Below are positions 26,938-37,820 of a stretch of DNA of 62,300 nucleotides, in pieces. The notes beneath the pieces are model-generated. The model saw nothing but the letters and a program-made list of their open reading frames with translations, ran no database searches and was not told the origin of the DNA. The stretch is from Atractiella rhizophila (Eukaryota). The stretch covers positions 1 to 62,300 of the forward strand of contig MU271456.1 in the NCBI GenBank assembly GCA_021432655.1. The letters run 5' to 3'. How positions within the stretch are numbered: the first letter of the stretch is position 1; each line of letters begins with the position of its first letter. The translations under genes and the position numbers were made by a program.

Positions 26938-27571
26938 ATGGGAGCTACGGTGAGCAGACTGCTAGGTCACAGCGGTGCGTGGTTCCTCTACGTCAGAATT
27001 GGTTTCTGAGCTGCTCCGTGTTCAAGATCCAGACACTTCTCGTCTGTCTGCTATCACCGTCAAATACCTGCTTCTCCAGCGGCTTCCTCTCGAGCTCGTC
27101 CTCCAAATCCTCCATGAGGCACTTTACCTCCCCACACTCACATTCACCAATTCTGAACCAGTCGAGGTTGCCTCCGAAGGTCCCCTCAGTGCCTATCCTT
27201 ATCTTAAAACCCAACCCTTACCACCTCGAGTGTACTCTATAGAGATAGAAGTCGAGAGCCACGATCAGGGCTGGAGTAGCTACCGAGGTGATTGGGGTAC
27301 GAAAAACAACAGCTGGACGTGGTGGGAAGCCTTCCGACTATCAGAAAACGAAGCTGAAAGGGATTGGGAGAAGGAGGAAGGGTTGAGGGTTGCAACGAAT
27401 GTCCACGCCTCAAGACTGCCGAAGAAGGAAGTGATGTACTGGGGGAAGGATGAGGACTTCGCCAAAGACCTCAAGAAGGACGACGTGATCGTGCTAGTGG
27501 CAAAAGCGCAATATCCTGGTTGGCGAAATCATGTCAAGAGCGCAAGAATTACGGTTTGGATGGACATTTAA
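26938..27571 (+). CDS. Conserved fungal hypothetical protein with an F-box-like helix and an SHDQGW motif
   Basis: Spliced MGATVSRLLGHSDPDTS...LPLELVLQILHEA...IEVESHDQGWSS...SWTWWEA...AQYPGWRNHVKSARITV*; intron 26975-27026. Confidence 0.75.
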
Positions 27572-27963
27572 ATGATTTGAAAGGTTGTTATGCGTAGCGT
27601 CCGCATAGGTGAAGTTACCATATGGAGGGCTTCACGTGGTGAACATTGATATCAGGTTCTTTCGGGTTTAATGGTTTGGTACGCCACTCTTCCAGGCACC
27701 AAAAGGAGTGCATCAGATACAGGAGCGCTGTATTAGGATCTCACACGATTACGGTTGCACGCAGTCGCAATAGGTTTCGTAATTTATTAGTGGAACATTA
27801 TCAACCGCTTTTTGGTACCTATCACTCAATCTAGCTTTGTTCAAACGGCGTGAAGAGTTGGTTGTGCATGCGAACAAATATGGGTATCAACATAATGACC
27901 TAATAAGCAGGCAAGACAAGACGCCAGTACTAAGACATGAAAATCAAAATGGGGAAAACGATA

Positions 27964-30056
27964 TCAGTAGAACTCGTCCAGGGTCATCAGACCGGTTCCT
28001 CGCACGAGCGTGCTGTCCAATCCATCCACCATCCTCTGCTCATCCTCCAAACTCATTTCCATAGCTTTCATGTCAGCATCAGACAACACACTCTCCCTCG
28101 TCGCCTCCGCCACAGTCTCTAGTCTTCTCCTGGGTATCATACTTTTCCTCACGGCCTCCGGAACCTTCGCAGGGGTCGACTGGACACCAGCGCCGAGTTT
28201 TGAGAGACCCAGTCCAAAATCCAACTCAGGGGAAAGGTTCATGGACTCCCACACCTTTTCTGAAGGTGTCGGAGAAGACATTCCACCAGTAGTGGGAGGA
28301 TTGTTGCTGTTGACGGAGCGATCGTTGAGGACGCGGTCAAGGGTGACATCGTGTCGCGCAACGTGAATGATGGGTCGGTTGAGGCTACCTACCGTCCCGT
28401 AGGCCTGCAGTTCCTCGACTAGTTGTTCCTTCTCCTTCGCTTCTCGCTTCAGCTTTGCGGACAGACGAGCGTTAACCTCCCGAAGAGATTTCATCTCCTC
28501 TCGTAGGCGAGACATCGCTTGGATTTTCTGGGCAGGGTTTCCGTGATTGACTAGGAGAGTGTTCTCTTCCTTAAGTAACTGGTTTTCGGAATGCAAGGAA
28601 ACAGTGAGCGATTTGAACGATTCGTACTCTTCGAACAGCTGATTGTGGGAGGTTTGCAGAGCCGAAAGATTGGAGAGATAGCGATAAGCTCTACAAACAC
28701 CATCAGCTAAAGCACAACCTCACACGAATAACACACTCATCAAGCTCTTCCTGTAACCCAGTTTCCTTAGCCCGGCTGTGAGAGAGAGCTGTAATAAGTG
28801 TTCGTTTCTCAGTCAGCAGTTTCTCCATGGCCTTCTTCACTTCCCCGTCCACTCTCCGCTGCTTCTGTCCTTCCTCCTCTCTCATCTTCCCATCTTCTAA
28901 CTGCGCTTCAAGCTCCTGCACATTTTCCTCCAACTCTAGTACTTTCTGCATTGCTTCAAGTCTGACTGCTTCCAACTCCACCTCCTTACAAACGTCCTCA
29001 ACCCTACGCTCCTCTGCAGCGATCTCTGCTTCGTCTTTTAGCTCATCCATCTTCTTAAGAAGCTTCACTTTCGCCTTCAGCTCCTTGTTTGCATCTTTAT
29101 TGCGCTTCTCCCCCTCTTCTAGAAGCCGTGTCACATCCTCCAAGAGAGAATCGAATCCACAACGGAGCAGCTCCTTCTCCTCTTCTGTCTCTTCAACTAG
29201 ACTAGCCATCTCAAGAATCAATTCTTCTTTCGTGCGTAATATGCGTTTGATGGAAGATAGAGATTGTCGTTGTTCGTTGAGATTGTGTTTCAGCTCGGTG
29301 TTCTCCTCACGTAAAGCCTGAATGATTTCCATGACAGATTGTTGGAGGTGCGAAGACCGCGATTGCATAGCTCGAATAGAAGTAAGGATGGAGGAAGGAG
29401 CAGAGGCTGAAGGGAGGGACAGATGGGCATATATCGGGGAAAGGGAGGCTTGAAGTTCTTCCAGGCTACTCGAAAGTTGTGAGGAGAGAAGCTTCGTTTG
29501 TTCTGTCGTTCATGAGCCAAGAACTGCAAAGTGCACACAAATTAACGCACTCGACTCCTGTTGAACCAACTTAAGAGAATCTCGCTCTTTCTTCGCTTCT
29601 TCCATTTGACATTCAAGTCGATTGAGCTTGTTCTGCATGTTTAGGATCTCCTTTGCGTGAGACTTCTGCAGTCTCTCTTTAAGAGATTCCAACTATTCAC
29701 ATTACCATCACCCAAGAGTCGCAAGACAGCAAGAAAAGCACATACCTCTTTCTTATGCCTTTCCCGCTCCCTCTCTGGATTCCAAATAGCCTGCTTCACC
29801 TTCTTGACACTTTTTGGCTCCTCGCCAAGTTGATAAATACCAAAGTTATCATACTCAGGTCCCTTCCCGTCACGGTACCTCTCAGCTTCCAAATGAGCAC
29901 CTTTTCTGTAGGGTTGGTCAAGGGGATTGAAGATCTTGGGATCATAGGCGCCTGGACCAGGGATGTCATCTGGGGCTTGGAGGTAGTCAGCGGCAACTCT
30001 AAGAATGTATTGTAGCTCCTACCTTTCTCTTTGAAGCGTTCAGACCTTGGGAACAT
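27964..30056 (-). CDS. HMMR/RHAMM-like coiled-coil protein (putative spindle/microtubule-associated)
   Basis: N-terminal MFPRSERFKE..DIPGPGAYD, long coiled coil, and LLVNHGNPAQKIQAMSRLREE resembling the HMMR/KIF15 C-terminal motif; five exons join in frame. Confidence 0.7.
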
Positions 30057-30202
30057 CTTGTAAGCAGTTTGTCTTCAGCGTCGATCGTCGTTTCTTTCAA
30101 CTTCTACTCGTGTGTACGCGAGGTTCGTCACGTGGTGCGACTCTCCCATTTGACAACCAAAGATCTTTCTTTCTTTGGATTAGCCTGCGCCTGCGAGAGA
30201 AA
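30057..30202. promoter_or_regulatory. Short bidirectional promoter between the HMMR-like and TPP1-like genes
   Basis: 146 bp between divergent ATGs; MCB/SCB-like ACGCGA at 30116-30121 and CACGTG at 30129-30134. Confidence 0.5.
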
Positions 30203-32244
30203 ATGGCTGAGAGCATGAAGAAGCCGGTATTGATGCCACTGTTGAGGTTCTTTCATACGATAGCGCCAATTCTACCGCTTCCAAATGATCCCAACTTCCA
30301 GCCTGGTGAAGATGGGTTTGAAAAGTCCAGTGAAGCAGGCACAAAGAAACGTATTGGCGGCAGGATACAAGTTACTGAAGTTTGTATTTCCTTTGATGAA
30401 ACTGCCTTGTCACTGATTACAAACCAGTTCCTAACGTTTAGACACCTCGAAGACAAGGAAAATGATGTTTATGCTCTGGTTGGTGACGGAGAGTACGAGG
30501 CCAAAGCGCGGTTCACAGCAAATGCGCTGAACATTTTCCAAGAGTGCGTTCCATATCCATATTCTTCCTAGCTTACTAGTAATGAAGAAACTGCCCACAT
30601 CGAATAACGCAACTGGGGCGCGGCATCTTCGTTCTCGAAGGTCTGTACACAATCCCCGTTCTTCTACCAACAGATGGCCTACAAAATTGTCCTTTTCCTA
30701 ATCAAAGTCTTGTCATCGACATTCACGACTTCAAGTACCTCAGTGCAGCCGGTGGGAGCATCGTCCTCAAAAAGGGTGAAGATGGAAAACCCCTAAAAGA
30801 GCTCAAGAAGGTAGAGGAGGAAGAGTGGATCCAAGAGTGGATCAAAAGGAGCAAGGAAAACTATTTCTACCGCGGAAAACAAAAGAAGAGGAAGAAGGTT
30901 AACAGTCTTGCTACTTCCGCCGTTCCTGTCGCGGCGCGGAACGTTTCCAGCGAATTGAATTCAGCACCTGTGCCATCAACTCGAACTGCAGCACAAAGTA
31001 GTGTTAGTGCGCCGCTTTCCCACAATATTTCAAGTCTTCAGCCGGCGGTAGCGTCGTGGAAAGCCCCTTCCGTTTCTCTACCAAAACGACGAACGATATG
31101 CGATGAAAATATAGAAATGCAAATCCTCCAAGAAGAAGTGAAAGGGAAGCCAGATTGGCTACCCTTCCATTACCTCGAAAACGCGCGACGAGGACGAAAA
31201 TTGCGTGTTTCTCTTGATCCGCAAGATGGACAAGAAGCTGGGGAAATCAAGGAACAGACGGTTGATCCAGAGGATCAATGGGATGAAGCGGATTTGAGCC
31301 CTTATTCAAAGGCGCAGCGACGGCGGAAGAATGCAATGGAGGAATCAGAGCGAGAGGAGCAACCTGCTGTGGACAATGAGGAGGAATTGCCCGAAGAGGA
31401 ATTGGATGAGCTGGCGGACGCCTCACAGGAACTTCGACCGTTCAATCCTTTTCCTTCTACCCTTCTGACCAACGGCACACCATCTCCCCCAACACAACAA
31501 CAGCAATTAGCCTTCAAGGTCGAGGGACACGACTCTTTCTCTCCACCGCCTGAAATCTCTCAGATCCGCAAAGTACCCCAAAGCACACAAACCGAGCCAA
31601 TATCAACCTCCCTTTCAAAGCCCATCAATGCGGATAGTATACTTCCTAAGCGAAGGAGAAAGAGTAAGAGATTGCGCGTAGATTTGAGCTCGGAAGAAGA
31701 GGAGGAGCGAGGACGTTTCGTTTTAGGGAGTATTATCAGTGAGGAAGAGGATCACAGACTGGCAGAGGACAGACAACCAGTACTTAACATGGAAATTTGT
31801 GATGAGATCGATCTTATGGAGGTCGACGGACAAAACGGTGCTGAAGGGACCATGCCGCCGAACGCTCCACCGCTCGACGTTATAACTCCAGAACAAATGG
31901 CTGCCCACTCCAGCGCTTCAGCTCCCCCATTACAATATCGTGTGTCAGATAACCAAGTCAATCCTCGTGGCGAAGTTGCCTGGGGGAGCGCTGATTTGTC
32001 TTCAGCCAAGAACAAGGAACATCTGGCGTTGGAAGACGACGAGTCAAACCCTCCTGTAAAAGTGGAAGGAGATGGGTCTGACGCCGAATTCGATGAATTT
32101 ATGTCCCGATGGTATCTGGGACCTGAGGCGGGAATACCAGCAGCAATGCAACTAGAAGAAGGGAAAGCTGATGACGGAATATTTGTGAGTTGGAGAATAT
32201 TAAAACAAATCCTGGAAACGAGGAACGGCGGGTTTGAAGCTTGA
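30203..32244 (+). CDS. TPP1/Est3/Tpz1-like OB-fold telomere protein with a long acidic disordered C-terminus
   Basis: Spliced RIQVTEFLTF...VYALVGDGEYEAKARFTANALNIF...RITQLGRGIFVL...LVIDIHDFKYLSAAG matches the TPP1/Est3 OB-fold pattern from memory; not verified by HMM. Confidence 0.55.
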
Positions 32245-32697
32245 TGAAAAAAAACCATGTAGGTTATTTGGTTACCATATCAGCAGAGCGCTAAAAAAAT
32301 GGAAGTATTCACTTCAGTTAACACTCCATCCTATTTTCAGGCCATATTCGTCAATATTCATTGGGCATTCAGCTGTACTTCCATTCTGAGCCAATTTCCT
32401 CTTTCGTTTCCACCGGACCTCGTAGCTCGCACTTTCCGATATTAACCAGGTTTAAATACAGCGCTAACTGATTATTCCCGACAGAACGTTCATCGATGCT
32501 TATCATAGCTTCAATCCTAACTCGATCACGTGCTAGTCTATGATATTGCCAACTGCCATCTCGCCTACAAACACTGTTTCCAGTCTGCGAAATCGAAATT
32601 TCTATGGTTGATAGCTACGACTTGACGCCATAGATCCTGGGTAGTGACGACCTTGCTCCGCCGTTAAGCTCAAGCTGCAAGCGGATGGTTCAAGACC

Positions 32698-33936
32698 ATG
32701 ACCACAAAATTACCGGCAGAAATCCTTATCGAAATCTATGCTCACGTTCTCAACCTTTTCTCCCGCCCCGGGGATTGAAGGACTACACTCGTTCTACATC
32801 TTTTCGTCACCGAGTGCTCGCCTCCTTTTGTTTGGTTTGCTCTTCGTGGTTAATTCCTGGTGGGCCTTCACCTCCCTATCTCATCATATGTGAACTAAAA
32901 TAATCGTAAGCCCGAGCGCTCCTATTTCGCAATATCTATCTTGAGGACTTTAAACTTCTTTGCAGATTGTCAGAGGCGCTGACGTGGAACTTTGGACTGC
33001 ATGACTTTGTGCGACTGATCGAGGTAGAAGTTCCTCATAATTCCAGGGAATGGGTAGTTTTCGAAACTGTACTGGAGAAGCTTACAGAGTTGAAATCCAT
33101 CCACCTGAACTTGCGACGGCCGTACGATGAAATAGACCTTCGTCACTGCCTTGCTTTTATTCGAGCCATTCTACCCAGCGTCGAGCTCGTAATCTACTCG
33201 AGAATGGACCAATTTGTGATCGAATTGTTCAAGCAAATCGCAAAAAATACGGACGTATCACTACCCTGCTTCTCAAAACTAACATTCAACGATAAGACGA
33301 ATGTTACAACCGGAACTTCCAGATCTGCGGCAACACTGGCGTTCTCGTACTATCAAATGAGCGACCATGAGCTTCGCGCCCTCGTTGAATACTGCCGACC
33401 AAGTCTGGAGGTATTTTCACTGGAAATTCGTCATCACAATTCCTACTTCGTTACAAGCCGAAACCTCATCGAGATCTTGCACGGTCCCGCGATTCGCTCC
33501 ATTCGGTTATTCACCTACCAAACCTATACTTTAGAGTCCATACGAGTTTACCCCATGGATGAAATTCTCCTTAACTGTCCTTCCATACAACAGGTGGAAC
33601 TTCGAGGGAACTGGCTCAGCGCCGAGGCATTTAAGGGAAAACATGAAAGCCTCGAGGTATTATCTCTGTCAGCTTTCAGTACAATCTCACAGCTGGACGT
33701 CGAATTACTTCTTGAGAACCTATAGTTATGCCGAAACTACGCGAGCTATCCCTACAACCATCTTTCGTTGGTATGAATAACTGGACAAAGGAAAGTGAGG
33801 GGTGTTTGAGAAAGCTTATTTGTCACGGTGGAAGGGTGGGAAGGCTGAACAAGTTGACAGTTAAGGTAGCGAGTTTTCTTGTCCTGTCCACTCAATGACT
33901 GAGCACCAGATCTAGACACCTAATTGGTTTGCATAG
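32698..33936 (+). pseudogene. F-box/LRR-like gene with two apparent single-base frameshifts (pseudogene or assembly errors)
   Basis: MTTKLPAEILIEIYAHV, then a frame change to RHRVLASFCLVCSSWLIP/ARALLFRNIYL, LRR-like body (ORF 32967..33725), then another frame change to MPKLRELSLQP...LNKLTVK. Confidence 0.6.
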
Positions 33937-34311
33937 ACGCCACCTGTGTATTCTGAATCAAACAACGCTTGATTGCTACATCATCAAAGTATCATTGTCC
34001 TTTTATTAGCAAAACTTTTGTACCGCCTGCGGTCAGTTTAGAAGTATAACACCCTGGCACCCGCACATCAGACATAAAACCGGCATAAACGAAACTGACA
34101 CTGTTTGCTTGAGGTTTGCTGCAGGTGGCTGGCGTGCTCACGCTCACAGGCTCGCACAGTTCCGGAGACGGCAACAGTTGGCCGAACTCAAACAAGAACA
34201 AACGAGATCAAACCAATTTCCTCATCAACTTGCTTATGAGATCCATTTCAGTGGCTGCACTGAGCTCCACACCACTTTTACATCCATCTATCGCTGCAAC
34301 AGTGCTTTCCA

Positions 34312-36986
34312 ATGGGACTTTTAGCGTTAGGGACTGCGCTGGATTGGCCAGATGCTCAGAAATTAGCAGATCATGTTAGGTCGCACGGGATCCAGCAGTT
34401 TTTGCATATTTGGGAAAGAGTGAAAAATAGGAGGGGGGATGGCTTGCTATGGGGTGATGAGGTACGTTCACCATGTTGATCGTGGGAAATATCGGGTCAT
34501 GATGCTTGTGAAAAGATCGAATACATGGTCATTTCTTTTGATGATGAACACAAGAACGCTATGTTGTCCCTGAGGCAGTCTGAGATTCTGCGAGAGCTCC
34601 AACTTGACGAAATAGAGATGTCGAGAGATTGTCCTGGCTTGAGGTAAGAGTTTGAAGTCCACTATTGCATCTCCTTCAAAGCTGGCACGTGAGGCACTAT
34701 TGTTTGCCTATTCCATCTCCAGATTTGTTGATATTGATAACCTCTTTGAAGGCGCTCTTCTTTCCTTGCCGCTCCTTATTCATCTCCGTCCTACAGTCTC
34801 ACCATCCCCAAATTCCATGCCGAGTTCGGCCGTTATATGCTGGAGTCTACACCCGGTGCTCCGTACGGTGCTGGATTGCATGATCTGCTTGGAGTCGAAG
34901 GAAACATGAAACTTCGGTACAGTCTTGGATCAACTTTTCTTCTATGGTATCTAACGAAGGTACAGACGTAGAACGGCAAAAGCGAAGATGAAAGACAACG
35001 AGACGCCTTTGACAATCACATCATTTCCTCGTTTGGGTGTTCCTGGCCAGTTTTTGGACCCGCACCATGAACCAAATGGGCCAACGTTCCAGTCTTTGTT
35101 TCTACCGGATCAGCTTATTAATCCGCACATCCGCTTCCCGTATGTGTGACAGAATCCTGGAGCTTTCACGCTTAGATGCTTGTTAGGACATTGGCTGCGA
35201 ATATTCGTAAACGTCGAGGCTCGAAGGTTGCAATCAACATGCCCATATTTTTCGACGAGAACACGCCACGGCCCTTCATTGATCCCACTATTCCATGGGA
35301 TCGCGAGCTCTATCCGGGAGATCGCGGTATGCGTCTTTTCATTGTCCGCTTTTTCCGTGCTCACGGATTGTTTAGAGGCCAAGGACGGTGCTGCTCTCCC
35401 CGATCACATTTACATGGATGCCATGGGTTTTGGAATGGGCTGTTCGTGCCTTCAGATCACATTTCAAGCTCAAGACATTTTTGAGGCGAGGCGCATTTAC
35501 GATGCTCTTATCCCTGTTGGACCCATCATGGTAAATTTTCATGGCATTCGTTATTCGTCTCATGGTATGAATAGTTAGCATTAACGGCGGCAGCGCCTAT
35601 ATTCCGCGGTTATCTTGCCGATGTCGACTGTAGGTGGAATGTTATTGCTGGTAGTGTCGACGATCGCACTGAAGAGGAGAGAGGTCTTAAAGTGAGCTCA
35701 AACCAAATGCACTCATTTGAAAGTAACTGTGGTTTAGCCACTGAAGAACAATCGCTTCAGGATCCCGAAGTCTCGTTATGACAGTGTCGACTCCTACCTT
35801 AGTCAAGATGCGATCAATCGTCCAGAATACAACGATACTTACCTACCGATTGATGCAGATATCAAGAAGACGCTGTTGAACAAAGGTACTCTATTCGTCT
35901 CTGAGTTCGCTGCAGGCTGACTCTGGCATAGGCATTGACGAGTTGTTAGCCAACCATATTGCCCATCTTTTCATTAGAGATCCCATCGTGATATTTTCTG
36001 AGACCATTGATCAAGACGATGCCACATCATCGGATCATTTTGAAAACATTCAGTCCACCAATTGGCAAACAATGAGGTTCAAACCACCGCCGCCGAATTC
36101 CAACATCGGCTGGCGGGTCGAATTTCGCAGTATGGAGGTGCAAATTACGGATTTTGAGAATGCCGCCTTCTCGATTTTCATTGTCCTCTTGACTCGAGCA
36201 ATTTTGAGCTTTGGTCTCAACTTCTACTTGCCAATTTCCAAGGTAAGAGCTCACTTCCTCTCCCAACCGCGTATAACATGATTTCAGGTCGATCAAAATA
36301 TGGCTAGGGCTCATCGACGGGCAGCAGTTTCGGAGCAGAAGTTTTACTTTAGAAAGAAAGTCTTTATTAACCAGTCGGGAAAGATGTTGTACCACCTATA
36401 CAGAAAAGATGCGTTCCCAGCCACAGCCGCGAACGGTGCCAATGTCGAACCTATCAAGCCAGACGGATACGTTCTTTCCAACGGCGAGCGCTTCACCTCG
36501 CCCTTTTCGTCTACTCCGGCCTCTCATTCAGGAGCTGAATCTCCCGAGAAATTGCACCGAGTTCCGGTCGACGACGAGTATGACGAATTCACTATAGACC
36601 AGGTTATCAATGGAAAACCGGACGAAGGTACATCCAAACGAGGGACATTCCCTGGTCTACTACCACTCGTGCAAGCATACTTGAATTCTCTGCATGTCGA
36701 GCCGGACGTCAAGGCATCGATTAATCGTTATCTGGAGGTTATTCGACAGCGTGCCAACGGTTTGTTCCTTGATTCCTTGTTTTCTAATTTTGATACCGTG
36801 CTGGCGATAGGGAAACTCCCCACAGCTGCGACGTGGATTCGGAGCTTTGTTCAAGCTCATCCTTCATACAAGAAAGATTCTGTTATAAATCAAGAGATCA
36901 ATTATGATTTGATGAAAGAGATAGATGCGATGGAATCTGGCAGAAAATCTGCTGCTCCCATTTTGGGAGCTTTATACCAACATTGA
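34312..36986 (+). CDS. GSH1: Glutamate-cysteine ligase catalytic subunit (gamma-glutamylcysteine synthetase)
   Basis: [12 protein letters not shown]...[96 protein letters not shown]. Confidence 0.97.
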
Positions 36987-37553
36987 GTACTTTTAGATTA
37001 TGTTTTTCTTATTTCTTCAACAGAGACACTGTTTCAGTGCTGTAACTATAATATAAGGTATTGTGATTCAATGTTAGACAGTGTTAGAATCTCAAGCTGA
37101 CGGCATACTTATTTCATCCTTGCCACAATGTTGTTCATTTTGCAGAGGTTATTCGACAGCGTGCCAACGGTTTGTTCCTTGATTCCTTGTTTTCTAATTT
37201 TGATACCGTGCTGGCGATAGGGAAACTCCCCACAGCTGCGACGTGGATTCGGAGCTTTGTTCAAGCTCATCCTTCATACAAGAAAGATTCTGTTGTAAAT
37301 CAAGAGATCAATTATGATTTGATGAAAGAGATAGATGCGATGGAATCTGGCAGAAAATCTGCTGCTCCCATTTTGGGAGCTTTATACCAACATTGAGTAC
37401 TTTTAGATTATGTTTTTCTTATTTCTTCAACAGAGACACTGTTTCAGTGCTGTAACTATAATATAAGGTATTGTGATTCAATGTTAGACAGTGTTAGAAT
37501 CTCAAGCTGACGGCATACTTATTTCATCCTTGCCACAATGTTGTTCATTTTGC
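36735..37553 (+). repeat. Direct tandem duplication, 2 x 409 bp (36735-37143 and 37145-37553), covering the GSH1 last intron, last exon and 3' region
   Basis: Base-by-base comparison gives period 410 and one mismatch (A36885 vs G37295, Ile vs Val). Confidence 0.97.
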
Positions 37554-37820
37554 CAGCTGCACTGTACCGATGTCAATTGCAAGCGAGGGTGATACTTCCC
37601 ACAGTCGTCGCGAAGGAATAGACTAGACGAAGCTGCCAAGAGTAGGTATCATAATCGGCCGACTCTAGAGAGAGATTATAGTTCCTCTTTTCCTCTGGAT
37701 CGGGCCGTAGCATGTTAGGAGCATAATAGATATGACGTTCATCATTAACACAGACGAAGTGTGAAACCACTGTATACTGCTACTTGCGATAAGAATACAC
37801 ACAAAAACAAACTATCTGGG

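Noticed and set aside
36360..36408. Possible extra intron in GSH1 ([19 protein letters not shown])
   Set aside because: Available GT-AG pairs either break the frame or give only a 30-nt intron, so I treated it as coding insertion.
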